Assembly (NCBI GenBank): GCA_016188985.1
Contig: JACPGM010000053.1
Span: forward strand, 4,290-68,289
Length of the DNA: 64,000 nucleotides
Direction: 5' to 3'
DNA from: Lentisphaerota bacterium
Lineage (GTDB): Bacteria > Verrucomicrobiota > Kiritimatiellia > JAAZAB01
In this document: piece by piece, positions 1 through 9,388 of the stretch
How the letters are laid out: every line of letters begins with the position of its first letter
Numbering within the stretch: the first letter of the stretch is position 1
Translations under genes and position numbers: made by a program
The notes under the pieces: model-generated
Database searches by the model: none
Told to the model about the DNA's origin: nothing
Seen by the model: only the letters and a program-made list of their open reading frames with translations

Positions 1-1
1 G

Positions 2-592
2 GTGGTGGCGCTCAGTATCGCCTTGCTGTGCGCCTTCTGGCGGAATAGCTGGCTGGATCGCGGAATCGTAGTGATTGCCGTGGCGCTGATGAGCGTGAAT
101 TACCTGGTTTGGATAATTTTTGGCCAATACCTGCTGGGCTATCGCTGGGGCTTCTTCCCCTTGTGGGGGTTTGAGGCCTGGTCCTACCTGCTTCTGCCGG
201 TATTGATCGGTGTGGTTAGCGGCCTGGGTGCAACCGTCCGGTTTTATCGCACGGTGATGCTGGATGAAATGTATCGGGATTACGTGCGCACGGCTCTGGC
301 CAAGGGCGTCAGCCGCCCGGGCCTCCTGTTCCGGCATGTCCTCAAAAATGCCATGATCCCGATCCTGACCAATGTGGTTATCGCCATTCCCTTTCTTTAT
401 GCCGGCAGTCTGCTGCTGGAGGGCTTCTTCGGTATCCCCGGCCTGGGCAACATGGGCATCAATGCGCTCAATTATTCCGATATTGATGTGGTCCGCGCCA
501 TCGTGCTGATCGGTTCGGTCCTCTATGTCGCGGCCAACCTGATGACGGACCTGTGCTATGCGCTGGTTGACCCGCGCGTGCGCCTGGAATGA
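2..592 (+). CDS. ABC transporter permease, OppB/DppB-like (5' partial, C-terminal half)
   Basis: Frame open from window edge; hydrophobic TM-rich translation with the conserved C-terminal region of binding-protein-dependent permeases (…LAKGVSRPGLLFRHVLKNAMIPILT… ending …LVDPRVRLE). Sits upstream of a second permease and two Opp-type ATPases. Confidence 0.8.
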   Translation: MVALSIALLCAFWRNSWLDRGIVVIAVALMSVNYLVWIIFGQYLLGYRWGFFPLWGFEAWSYLLLPVLIGVVSGLGATVRFYRTVMLDEMYRDYVRTALAKGVSRPGLLFRHVLKNAMIPILTNVVIAIPFLYAGSLLLEGFFGIPGLGNMGINALNYSDIDVVRAIVLIGSVLYVAANLMTDLCYALVDPRVRLE

Positions 593-779
593 ACTGTTGA
601 GGGCATGTTGCCAAAAAGGTTTTGTAAAAGAAAATTGCCGACTTTTTTCGCGCTGGCGGGGCAGCGCTCCTACACGAATACTGCAACAACGGCATGTAGG
701 AGCGCCATCCCTATGGCGCGAATTATTTGGGCAACAAGCCCTTGATGTCCAACAATGCAAATTTTTTCGATAAACTCCC

Positions 780-1808
780 ATGAATCAGTCCAACGCTCAA
801 AGTAAGTCCGCCGGTCGTTCACTGTGGGCCGACGCCTGGCGCCAATTGCGCCGCAACCGGCTGGCCATGGCCTCGTTCTGGATTATTTTGCTCTACCTGG
901 CCATGGCGCTCTATGGCGAAGGCGTTTACTGGTATTTCCATTGGCAGGATACCACGCCGCCCTACCAGCAGACCAATTTGCAGGAAGAATACCTTAGGCC
1001 CAGCGTGTTCCGCCATCCGTTTGCGGCCGACCCTGGCGACGATAGCTCGCTCCTTACCGACCATCATGGCTCGCCGGCGGCGCCTGGTTTGGCCGCGCGG
1101 TTGCGGTCCGGCCTGCGCGTGCTGGCTCATCACCCGCTCGGCACCGACAACCTCGGTCGCGACGTCTTGCAGCGCACGGTCCAAGGCGCGCGGATTGCTT
1201 TCCAGGTGGGCATTATCACCTCGTGTATTGCCATTCCGATTGGCGTGTTCCTGGGGTGTTTGGCCGGTTATTTCGGGGGCAAGACCGACGATTTTATCGT
1301 CTGGTTGTATTCCACTTTCTCATCCATCCCGGGATTGCTCTTTATTTTTGCCATTGCCATGGTGGTTGGCAAGGGCCTGCTGGGGGTGTATCTGGGCATT
1401 GGCTTGACCACCTGGGTCAATCTCTGCCGGCTGATGCGCGGCGAGGTAATGAAGCATAAAACGCGTCCTTATGTCCAAGCCGCCCGCGCGCTCGGTTTGG
1501 GTCCCTTCCGCATCATGTTTCGGCACATCTTGCCCAATATATTTCACATCATCATCATAACTTTTTCCCTGCGGTTTCCCGCAGCCATCTCCACGGAGGT
1601 ATTCATGAGCTTTCTCGGCATTGGCGTGCAGGGCGAGCCTTCCTGGGGAATCATGATCAGTAACGCCCGCCTGCGCCTCTGGCAGGGCGTCTGGTGGGAA
1701 ATGACTTTTGTGACCGCGGCGATTTTTTTCGTTGTGCTGGCCTTTAACCTGCTGGGCGACGCCCTGCGCGATGCCCTGGATCCGCGCCTGCGCACTTCGG
1801 AACATTAA
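780..1808 (+). CDS. ABC transporter permease, OppC/DppC-like
   Basis: 342 aa with N-terminal TM helix, long periplasmic loop and C-terminal permease core (…LGTDNLGRDVLQRTVQGARIAFQVGIITS…), ending …DALDPRLRTSEH as in DppC/OppC. Operon context with OppD/OppF-like ATPases. Confidence 0.8.
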   Translation: MNQSNAQSKSAGRSLWADAWRQLRRNRLAMASFWIILLYLAMALYGEGVYWYFHWQDTTPPYQQTNLQEEYLRPSVFRHPFAADPGDDSSLLTDHHGSPAAPGLAARLRSGLRVLAHHPLGTDNLGRDVLQRTVQGARIAFQVGIITSCIAIPIGVFLGCLAGYFGGKTDDFIVWLYSTFSSIPGLLFIFAIAMVVGKGLLGVYLGIGLTTWVNLCRLMRGEVMKHKTRPYVQAARALGLGPFRIMFRHILPNIFHIIIITFSLRFPAAISTEVFMSFLGIGVQGEPSWGIMISNARLRLWQGVWWEMTFVTAAIFFVVLAFNLLGDALRDALDPRLRTSEH

Positions 1809-1848
1809 AACCGTGAGCAATCGTGACTACTCAGCTCGTCAAGAAATG

Positions 1849-1966
1849 GAACTACGAAAAACGCGAAAGACACGAAAATGGGAATTGTAATTGCAATCAA
1901 ATTTCGCGTATTTCGCGCATTTCGTAGTTTCCACCTGAGGCGGATCCGCCAAGGGCGGAAATTGTT
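1849..1966. mobile_element. MITE-like repeat family A, copy 1 (TIR aactacgaaa…tttcgtagtt, ggcggatccgcc core)
   Basis: Terminal inverted repeats actacgaaaaacgcg … gcgcatttcgtagtt, followed by the palindrome ttccacctgaggcggatccgccaagggcggaa. Near-identical architecture recurs at ~9233-9350 and ~53540-53650. Confidence 0.6.
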
Positions 1967-2017
1967 CTCTCCGATAGCTGAATAGTTACGAGCAATTATT
2001 ATTTGTGTTGAGCCAGG

Positions 2018-2659
2018 ATGAACACTATTCGCGCAGTTTTATTTGATTTTGACGGCACGCTGACCTTGCCGGGCAGCATTGATTTCATGGGCATCAAGCG
2101 CTCCATCCGCTGCCCGCGCGACGTGACGATCCTGGAGTTCATTGGGCGCTTGCAACCCGCCTCGGCCCGGCGCCGGGCTTGGGCCATCCTCCACCGGTTT
2201 GAAGATGAGGCCGCCCGGCGCAGTCGGCCGAACGAAGGCGCCGAGGACTTGGTCCGCTGCCTGAAACGGCGGCGCATTCGTCGCGGCATTCTCACGCGCA
2301 ACCGGCGCGTTTCGGTCGCTACAGCGCTTAAAAACTTTGCCCAGGTGCGCCTGGCTGATTTTACCGTGATTATTACCCGCGACCATGTTGAGCGGCCTAA
2401 ACCCGATCCCGAAGGAGTATTGCTGGCGGCGCGCCGCCTGAAAGTCAAGCCCAGTGAGTTGCTGGTCGTGGGGGACTACATCTATGACATCGAAGCGGGC
2501 AAAAGCGCCGGCGCGCGCACGGTTTTCCTGGAGAGCGAGTTCACTACCCGGCGGCCCGCTCCGCCCGCCGATTTTTCGATCCGGTCACTGAACGAAGTCG
2601 CCGGCCTTATTGACCGATTGAACCGTAGCCGCGGAAAGGCCCATAATGCTTCCGGATAG
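2018..2659 (+). CDS. HAD-family hydrolase
   Basis: N-terminal DxDGTL motif (VLFDFDGTLT), internal …ITRDHVERPKPDPEG… and …LVVGDYIYDIEAGKSAG… (HAD motifs II-IV). Confidence 0.7.
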   Translation: MNTIRAVLFDFDGTLTLPGSIDFMGIKRSIRCPRDVTILEFIGRLQPASARRRAWAILHRFEDEAARRSRPNEGAEDLVRCLKRRRIRRGILTRNRRVSVATALKNFAQVRLADFTVIITRDHVERPKPDPEGVLLAARRLKVKPSELLVVGDYIYDIEAGKSAGARTVFLESEFTTRRPAPPADFSIRSLNEVAGLIDRLNRSRGKAHNASG

Positions 2660-2698
2660 AAGTTGTGTTTTTTGTGCTTCTTTGTGGCAAGATTTTTT

Positions 2699-3664
2699 AT
2701 GAATACTTCTGAAGTCCTTCTGGCCGTGGATAACTTAAGCGTCTTTTTCCGGACGCGGTCTGAGCCGATTCGGGCAGTGAATGGCGCATCGTTCAACATT
2801 GCATCGGGCGAGACCGTTGCGCTGGTCGGCGAGAGCGGCTGCGGCAAGAGCGTGACTGCCCTGGCGCTGACGCGCCTGGTGGCCGAGCCCGGCTACGTGG
2901 CCGGCGGCCGGATCCGGTTTGGCGGGCGCGACGTGCTGGCCATGGAACAGCGGCAGTTGCGCGATCTGCGCGGCGCGGAAATCGCTTATATCTTCCAGGA
3001 ACCGGCCGCCGCGCTTAATCCCGTATTCCGGGTTGGCTGGCAGATAGCGGAGTCTTTGCGTCTCCATCGCCGCGACATTGCGGTTCGCCAGGAAGTAATC
3101 CATCTGCTGAACCGGGTGGGCTTGAGCGATCCCGAGCATCGGCGCCGGGCCTATCCCCACGAGCTTAGTGGCGGCATGCAACAGCGCGTAATGATTGCCA
3201 TGGCCCTGGCTTGCCGGCCGCGCCTGCTGGTGGCCGATGAGCCTACTACCGCCCTGGATGTCACCATCCAGGCGCAAATTCTCGATCTGCTGACGCGCCT
3301 GCAGGGCGAACTGGGCATGGCGATCTTGCTGATTACCCACAATCTGGCGCTGGTGGCCGGCATTGCCCGGCGGGTCAACGTCATGTATGCCGGCCGGGTC
3401 GTGGAGTGGGGCTTGGCCGAAGACATTCTGCTGCAGCCGGCGCATCCTTATACCCGCGGACTTATGGCCGCCGTGCCGCGCTTAAGCGGGGGGACAACCC
3501 GCATGGCCGGAATTCCGGGCGCCGTGCCCAACCCCGCCCGGCTACCTTCGGGATGTCCCTTCCATCCGCGTTGCCCGAAAGCCCAGGCCCGTTGCTCCGT
3601 TGAAGATCCGTGTGATGAAAACATAACCGCGGAACATGGTGTCCGATGCCACTTCTGGAAATAG
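2699..3664 (+). CDS. oligopeptide/dipeptide ABC transporter ATP-binding protein (OppD/DppD-like)
   Basis: Walker A GESGCGKS, signature LSGGMQQR, Walker [14 protein letters not shown]-terminal Opp-type extension with CPFHPRCP motif. Start chosen at ATG 2699 (MNTSEVLL…) rather than the ORF-track upstream extension. Confidence 0.85.
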   Translation: MNTSEVLLAVDNLSVFFRTRSEPIRAVNGASFNIASGETVALVGESGCGKSVTALALTRLVAEPGYVAGGRIRFGGRDVLAMEQRQLRDLRGAEIAYIFQEPAAALNPVFRVGWQIAESLRLHRRDIAVRQEVIHLLNRVGLSDPEHRRRAYPHELSGGMQQRVMIAMALACRPRLLVADEPTTALDVTIQAQILDLLTRLQGELGMAILLITHNLALVAGIARRVNVMYAGRVVEWGLAEDILLQPAHPYTRGLMAAVPRLSGGTTRMAGIPGAVPNPARLPSGCPFHPRCPKAQARCSVEDPCDENITAEHGVRCHFWK

Positions 3665-4632
3665 CCGATTTACAGGTCTCCTTCAAATCAGGCCGCCGCC
3701 AGGAAGTGCGCGCGGTTGACGGTGTCTCGCTGGCGGTGGCCTCGGGCGAAAGCGTCGGCCTGGTGGGCGAGAGCGGCTGCGGCAAGAGCACGCTGGGCAA
3801 CACCATCTTGCGCCTGGTGCCGGCCTGCTCCGGCCAAATCCGGTTCGAAAACCAGGATGTCCTGGCGCTTGGCTGCGGCGATCTGTTCCGCTACCGCCGC
3901 CGCGCCCAGATGATTTTTCAAGACCCCTACGGCTCGCTCAACCCGCGCCTGACAATCGGCGCAGCAATTGAAGAATGCCTGGCGGTGCACCGGCTGGGCA
4001 ACCGGCTGGAACGCCGCGAGCGGGTGCGCCACCTGCTGGAGACCGTTGGACTCGAATCGGATTACGCCGCGCGATATCCCCACGAGTTCAGTGGCGGGCA
4101 ACGCCAGCGCGTGGGCATTGCCCGGGCCCTGGCGCTTGATCCAGTCTTCATCGTAGCCGATGAGCCGGTCTCGGCGCTGGATGTTTCGGTGCAAGCGCAA
4201 ATCCTGAACTTGCTTAAAGATCTCCAGCTCTCGCGCAACCTGGCCTATCTCTTCATTGCTCATGACCTTTCCGTGGTGCGCTATATGTGCAGCCGGGTGC
4301 TGGTCATGTATTTCGGCCGGATCGTCGAGGCGGCGGATGCCGCCGAGCTTTTTGCGCATCCGGCGCATCCTTATACCCGGACGCTGCTGGCCGCCGTGCC
4401 GGATATTGAGAGAGGATTGCGCGCCGCGCGCGCGCGCTCAGCGGTCGCGCAAGGCGAAGTACCCAGCGTCAGCACTGCGGTAGAAGGTTGTTCCTTCCAT
4501 CCCCGTTGCCCCTATGCCGAGGAGATCTGCCGAGAGCAGACGCCGAAAGACCACGAGGTCAGCCCGGGCCATACCAGCCGTTGCCATTTCGCCGGGACAA
4601 TAAGATTGCATCGGGGCATGATATCTCAGTAA
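3646..4632 (+). CDS. oligopeptide/dipeptide ABC transporter ATP-binding protein (OppF/DppF-like)
   Basis: Walker [10 protein letters not shown], signature FSGGQRQR, Walker B FIVADEPVSALD, C-terminal CSFHPRCPYAEEIC motif. Overlaps the upstream ATPase gene by ~19 nt (operon). Confidence 0.85.
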   Translation: MPLLEIADLQVSFKSGRRQEVRAVDGVSLAVASGESVGLVGESGCGKSTLGNTILRLVPACSGQIRFENQDVLALGCGDLFRYRRRAQMIFQDPYGSLNPRLTIGAAIEECLAVHRLGNRLERRERVRHLLETVGLESDYAARYPHEFSGGQRQRVGIARALALDPVFIVADEPVSALDVSVQAQILNLLKDLQLSRNLAYLFIAHDLSVVRYMCSRVLVMYFGRIVEAADAAELFAHPAHPYTRTLLAAVPDIERGLRAARARSAVAQGEVPSVSTAVEGCSFHPRCPYAEEICREQTPKDHEVSPGHTSRCHFAGTIRLHRGMISQ

Positions 4633-4717
4633 CAACGCTTAAAAGCAAGAAGTTGCTGCTTACCACAGAGACACAGAGATGGCATTGAATAAGAATGCGT
4701 ATTAAGGATCTGTTCGC

Positions 4718-6052
4718 ATGACGAATTCCGACAAGTATGTGCCGAGGCCGGGATGGCACGGTTGGGCGGCGCGGGTCCGGTGCTTTCCGCTCCTGCTGGC
4801 TGCGCCGTTTCTCTGCGGGTTCGCCGGACCGAGCCAAGCCCTGCACGGCGCGGATGTCGCGTTATACAACGACTCGACCGCGCCATATTACAATGGCGCA
4901 TGGCAGGACGGTTTGACGGCCATCCGCAACATGCTGGCGACCATCGGGCTATCTTATGAGGAAATTAATTACTGGGACCTGGACACGTCCTTCCAGGATT
5001 TTTCCAGCCTGTACAAGATCATCTTGATGCCCGGCGGATACGCTCCTTATTACAATTACTGGATCAACCGGACCGGCAAGGACCGCATCCGTGCGTTTGT
5101 CCAATCCGGTGGCGCGTACTTCGGGATCTGCGCCGGAGCCTATTTCGCGTGCGATACCGTGACCTGGGGCGACACGGTGTATGACGACGATGCCGGTTAT
5201 GACCTGGACCTATTCCCGGGTTCCGCCATGGGCGACATAGGCAGCATCGCCGACTACTACGCCGGCAACTGGACCATGACGACGTTAAACTTCACCGCGG
5301 CCAACAGTATTCTCCGCCGGTATAAGACGGTCCCGTACACCGAAGATCTTATTTTTCTCGGTGGGCCCAGTTTCGTTGGTTACGAGCAATACCCTGTCAC
5401 GGTTCTCGCATCGTTCGCCAGCCACGGTCGGCCAGGGATCGTCGCGTTCCCATACGGGTCCGGCCGGGTGATTCTGTCGGGGCCACACCCGGAAATCGAG
5501 GAGGACTCCGCCCGTGACGGTGTTACCCTGTCTGGGGAAGACCAACTTGACGACCGGGGTTCGGATTGGGACTTCACGCTGCACCTGGTTGTCTGGTTGG
5601 CCTACCCCCAGTCCAACCCGATCATGGATATTCCGATGGGGCAGACCACCTTCGCTTATACCCCCGTGGTTACCCCGTCCCGTAGCGCCATTCCAGCGGA
5701 TGCCCGGCCGGTCGGTCTGGGTCCGGTCGCCACCAACGGCAACGAACTGGCCATCTCCATCTCGCTCTACCAGTTCATGACGCCGGTAGACATGTATTTC
5801 GGTTATTCCGCCGCGGATGATCCGGCGACCATTCACATTCTACGGCCGGACGGCGCATTGCAACCCATGGCCGAAGGTCTGATCCCGTTTCAGGCAAGCG
5901 TTCTGGACCCGGTGGCGGTTTCGTTCGGCGGAGGAATTCCGATTGCGGCCATCCGGCCTGGCACATACACCCTGTATTTCGCGGCCGCCCCAGCGGGCCG
6001 GACCGATGCCTACTACCTCTGGACCACAACGCTAACAATCCCGGGTTCGTAA
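4718..6052 (+). CDS. secreted protein with BPL_N-like (class I glutamine-amidotransferase-like fold) domain, function unknown
   Basis: N-terminal signal-like hydrophobic segment (…CFPLLLAAPFLCGFAGPSQA). Motif …GGAYFGICAGAYFACD… resembles the nucleophile-elbow region of BPL_N/DJ-1-like folds. No experimental analog recognised. Confidence 0.4.
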   Translation: MTNSDKYVPRPGWHGWAARVRCFPLLLAAPFLCGFAGPSQALHGADVALYNDSTAPYYNGAWQDGLTAIRNMLATIGLSYEEINYWDLDTSFQDFSSLYKIILMPGGYAPYYNYWINRTGKDRIRAFVQSGGAYFGICAGAYFACDTVTWGDTVYDDDAGYDLDLFPGSAMGDIGSIADYYAGNWTMTTLNFTAANSILRRYKTVPYTEDLIFLGGPSFVGYEQYPVTVLASFASHGRPGIVAFPYGSGRVILSGPHPEIEEDSARDGVTLSGEDQLDDRGSDWDFTLHLVVWLAYPQSNPIMDIPMGQTTFAYTPVVTPSRSAIPADARPVGLGPVATNGNELAISISLYQFMTPVDMYFGYSAADDPATIHILRPDGALQPMAEGLIPFQASVLDPVAVSFGGGIPIAAIRPGTYTLYFAAAPAGRTDAYYLWTTTLTIPGS

Positions 6053-6208
6053 CTTCGGTCCGGGTCTCGGAATAAGGGGAATCAGGGACGCATCCGAATC
6101 GCGCGAAGCAGGGTTTGCGGCCGGGTTTCTTTTGAATCGCCCTTACAAAAACATCACAAAAAAACATCAAAAAAAGTGTAATCTCACTGACGCAGGTGGG
6201 TATCTGTT

Positions 6209-6260
6209 GTAGGCCCGCATAGCATGCGGGCAATCGCGCCACATTGTGGCGCGCTACAGT
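6209..6260. terminator. pair of adjacent perfect hairpins between convergent genes (REP-like / bidirectional terminator candidate)
   Basis: gtaggcccgcatagcatgcgggc and gcgccacattgtggcgc palindromes, lying between the 3' ends of the 4718..6052(+) and 6292..7206(-) genes. Confidence 0.3.
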
Positions 6261-6291
6261 TGTCACCACCCATTGACTATAAGGGGCTACG

Positions 6292-7206
6292 TCAAAAATT
6301 CAAGGTCAGGCCGTCGTAGGCCAGAGTGATCCCCTGTTTTGCCAACCGCTCCGCGGCCACCTCGTGTTCCGGAACCATTGTGCTCGTACTCAGGTGGGAA
6401 TAAACCAGGATCGTCTCCGGTTTGATCATGTTGGCGCCGCGATACTCCGCCAGATCCTCCGCCAACATGGCGTAATTATGGTGCCCGGTGCCGGTCGGGT
6501 CCACCGCCAAGTCGCAATAGCTGGCGTCCAGGATCATGATGTCGAACCGATAGCGCGCCATAAACTCCAGCGTTTTCGGCAGCGTGTAGCTGCAATCGAG
6601 CCCGTAGAACAGCGTCTTCCCGTCGCGTTCGATAATGTAGTTCAGGGCCTGCTGTTCCAGGATCGTATATTCCTTGTCCATCTGCCGATTGATAAAGTGA
6701 GCGGCCAGGACGGGGGTCACCCGCAGGGAGCTCAGGCGGAACGGTTTTTCCAGCACAACGGTTTTGACGCGCAAGTTGGTCACGGGCCGGGAGTTCAGGA
6801 TATGGCGTTTGCGGGTGTTGTCCCAGCGATAGGTCTGGGCAAAGGCGATGGCATCCCGAATCATGGTGTTGCCGTAAACACGCAGCGGGTGATCCAACGC
6901 CGCGGCAAAGGGAAATATGGCGGCGGGAAAGAAATGGTCGTAGTGCCCGTGCGTGATCAGCAGATGGCGCACGGCCCGTTCTGGAATACCGTACTCCTGG
7001 AGTCGCGCGCGCGCGCCCTCGCCAAAATCCACGATGATGTCGGGCGCAATGAAAAGCGAGGCGGAGGAACGAATGTTTTTCCCGCCCAGGCGCAGCGCCT
7101 CCATGTATTTCGGATCGTCTTTATAGGCGGCCTCGTTAACGCTGCCCGGCGCATGGTAGTCGCCCCCGCCCGTGCCAAGGAACTGAATGTATTTTCCTTG
7201 TTTCAT
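6292..7206 (-). CDS. MBL-fold metallo-hydrolase (RNase Z/PhnP/PqqB-like)
   Basis: N-terminal FLGTGGG and metallo-beta-lactamase motif ITHGHYDHF. 304 aa. Confidence 0.7.
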   Translation of the reverse strand: MKQGKYIQFLGTGGGDYHAPGSVNEAAYKDDPKYMEALRLGGKNIRSSASLFIAPDIIVDFGEGARARLQEYGIPERAVRHLLITHGHYDHFFPAAIFPFAAALDHPLRVYGNTMIRDAIAFAQTYRWDNTRKRHILNSRPVTNLRVKTVVLEKPFRLSSLRVTPVLAAHFINRQMDKEYTILEQQALNYIIERDGKTLFYGLDCSYTLPKTLEFMARYRFDIMILDASYCDLAVDPTGTGHHNYAMLAEDLAEYRGANMIKPETILVYSHLSTSTMVPEHEVAAERLAKQGITLAYDGLTLNF

Positions 7207-7209
7207 GGA

Positions 7210-8895
7210 TTAGACCACCTCATAGTAATGATAGCGATCGCAGCGAAAGCCTTCCAGCGTCGTCAGTTTGACCCGCCGGCCACCAGGGGCCGGCGTGGGC
7301 GGTTTGATCTCCACCCGGTCTGCATACCCCACGTCAACCTTGGCAAAGTTGCTCCCATCGCCGTCTGGCGTGGAATCCCACGCGGCATACATGTCTGCTC
7401 CCCGGTCCAGGTAAGAATACACATAGTCCCGCCAGGCCTTGTAGTCGGAGGAAAACAGGTCCCACGGATACAGCAGCGGAATGAGCCGGATGTTTTTGCG
7501 GCCCTCCAGGCGATTGAAGTAATCGAAATCCAGGCTTTTGGGATCGTCCCGATGCACGTCGTTTTCACTGAAAACCTGGCCCGTCGGCAGGAGATCGTCA
7601 ATGATCCCCGCTTGCACCCACGTCGCAACGTCCAATCCCCACCGTCGGCAATCGAGTTCGTTGCCGGGAACGATGACCGATAGGCGCTGTCCCCGGTTCA
7701 AACAGGCCTTCGCTTTTTTGATGAACGGTGTCAGCACCGATGCCTGAAACGCCATCCAGCGCGCATCCGTTTCCGGCAGATCGCGCGGGTCAAGGCTGTA
7801 GCGCTTTTTGAATCCTGCCACCATGATCTTTTCATAGAGCACCAGCGGCACGCCGCGGATGAAACACAGACAGACGCCGTCCGGCTTGTAGCCGGCGATC
7901 TCCTTGATCAGCGCGAGCATATGCGCCTGGACTTCGGGGTAGGCGTAACTCAGACGCATCACCCGCTGGCCACGGCTGTCAAAACAATGAAATTCCGGAT
8001 GACGATGGAAGAAATTGGAATGCAGGCTTGTCTTGTCGAAGGGAAACGGCGCGTCAAAGGCCTCCATCCGCAGGTACGTCTGAAATTCCCACTTCCGCCG
8101 GCGCGTATAGTCCCGCATGAGTTTGAGGCTGTCCCACCCGTTCTTGCGCCAGAGCGCCATATTCCCATAAAGGGTCCGGTAGTTGGCCGCCAGGAACCGG
8201 CCCTGGGTCGGGTAGAAGTTTCCCACGCTGGTCGGATAGTTACACATGTCGCCGGTGCCGAGTCCCCAAAGCAACATGCGCATGCAGGTATGCTCGGGAA
8301 TCATTTCAAACGGCTCCAGCAAATCCTCCGGGCGGCAATGCGGACGTTCGCCGAAGATGCCGTGACCGTCGTTGGTCACCACCAGGGGGTGGCGGACTTT
8401 TCGCGGCTTGACCGGTTTGGGCGAACGAATCGGCTCCAACCGCAGAAACGCCAGCGCACACCCCCGCAGCGCACCAGCACTGAACGAGGGCTCCACAATC
8501 AGCGTTTGCCCCGTCAACTCCGCGTCGCGCCACCATGTTTCGTGGAGCGCCACGGATTCGGTGTACAGGTCCGATCGCGCGCCTGCGGGCGACGAGACGG
8601 GACGCGAACAGAGATCCCCGCTCAACCTTAAGCGCAGTGAATCCCCGTGACAGAAACTGAACAGCGCCACCCAGACCCGATACCAGCCCTTGACATTGAG
8701 CCTGACCGCGATGGGCGCCGGCTTGGGGCCTGTGCCGCAACCAAGCATGACGCCGGCGAAGCCCTCCGTCGTATAGGGAACCGCTCGCCAAAGATTCGGG
8801 TCATCCGGGTTGACCAAACGCTTGTTGGCCATTTTGGCGACATCGCTGATCAGGATGTTGCCACGACTGCGGCGCGGCCGTGAAATGGTTCTCAT
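7210..8895 (-). CDS. hypothetical protein (possible TIM-barrel glycoside-hydrolase-like protein)
   Basis: 561-aa ORF with a 4-bp gap to the downstream MBL gene (operon-like). No confidently recognisable family signature; the glycoside-hydrolase-like label is only weak sequence resemblance. Confidence 0.45.
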   Translation of the reverse strand: MRTISRPRRSRGNILISDVAKMANKRLVNPDDPNLWRAVPYTTEGFAGVMLGCGTGPKPAPIAVRLNVKGWYRVWVALFSFCHGDSLRLRLSGDLCSRPVSSPAGARSDLYTESVALHETWWRDAELTGQTLIVEPSFSAGALRGCALAFLRLEPIRSPKPVKPRKVRHPLVVTNDGHGIFGERPHCRPEDLLEPFEMIPEHTCMRMLLWGLGTGDMCNYPTSVGNFYPTQGRFLAANYRTLYGNMALWRKNGWDSLKLMRDYTRRRKWEFQTYLRMEAFDAPFPFDKTSLHSNFFHRHPEFHCFDSRGQRVMRLSYAYPEVQAHMLALIKEIAGYKPDGVCLCFIRGVPLVLYEKIMVAGFKKRYSLDPRDLPETDARWMAFQASVLTPFIKKAKACLNRGQRLSVIVPGNELDCRRWGLDVATWVQAGIIDDLLPTGQVFSENDVHRDDPKSLDFDYFNRLEGRKNIRLIPLLYPWDLFSSDYKAWRDYVYSYLDRGADMYAAWDSTPDGDGSNFAKVDVGYADRVEIKPPTPAPGGRRVKLTTLEGFRCDRYHYYEVV

Positions 8896-8978
8896 GTTCG
8901 TTCTTTTATTGTGTGGTGTGTTCCTTAGTTGATTATTCGCGGCCGGCCGGCTGCCGTCAAGCGATCACGGGCGGCAGC

Positions 8979-9188
8979 TTAGGGCCGCTGACCTTGCTCA
9001 GTGGCGCGCGCGGAGAGCGGTTCCGATTTTTCATGGCTCAGGTGCCAGAAGCGCGCGAGCAGTCCCAGCAGCAGCAAGCCGAAAACTACGGCGAGAGCCA
9101 GCCGCTCGTTGGGTGTCAGGTAAAACCAGGCCCGCGGCAGACCGCGCCACCGGCCATTTCCTTTTTCGGATGATTCAGAGGTAGGCAT
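8979..9188 (-). CDS. small single-TM hypothetical protein (69 aa)
   Basis: ORF between the leuS 3' end and the 561-aa gene start; one hydrophobic helix (LALAVVFGLLLLGLLARFW). Could be spurious. Confidence 0.2.
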   Translation of the reverse strand: MPTSESSEKGNGRWRGLPRAWFYLTPNERLALAVVFGLLLLGLLARFWHLSHEKSEPLSARATEQGQRP

Positions 9189-9232
9189 GGATAGGAATAA
9201 GGAATTGTATCTACTCTACCCGTGAAAATTAT

Positions 9233-9350
9233 TAACTACGAAATGCGCAAAATACGCGAAACTTTCAATATAATTTCATTTACCATTTTCGCGCCTTTTC
9301 CGCCTGAGGCGGATCTGCCTTAGGCATGACGCGTTTTTCGTAGTTTCATT
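9233..9350. mobile_element. MITE-like repeat family A, copy 2
   Basis: aactacgaaatgcgcaaaatacgcgaaa … ccgcctgaggcggatctgccttaggc … gcgtttttcgtagtttc. Same TIRs and palindromic core as the copies at 1849 and 53540. Confidence 0.6.
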
Positions 9351-9388
9351 TCTTGACGACCTGGGCAGTTGCGGCCTTGCCGACTAAT

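Noticed and set aside
6364-7683. 439-aa ORF on + strand
   Set aside because: Antisense to the MBL-fold and 561-aa genes. Low-complexity, Arg/Gly/Pro/Val-rich translation typical of high-GC antisense artefacts, with no motifs.
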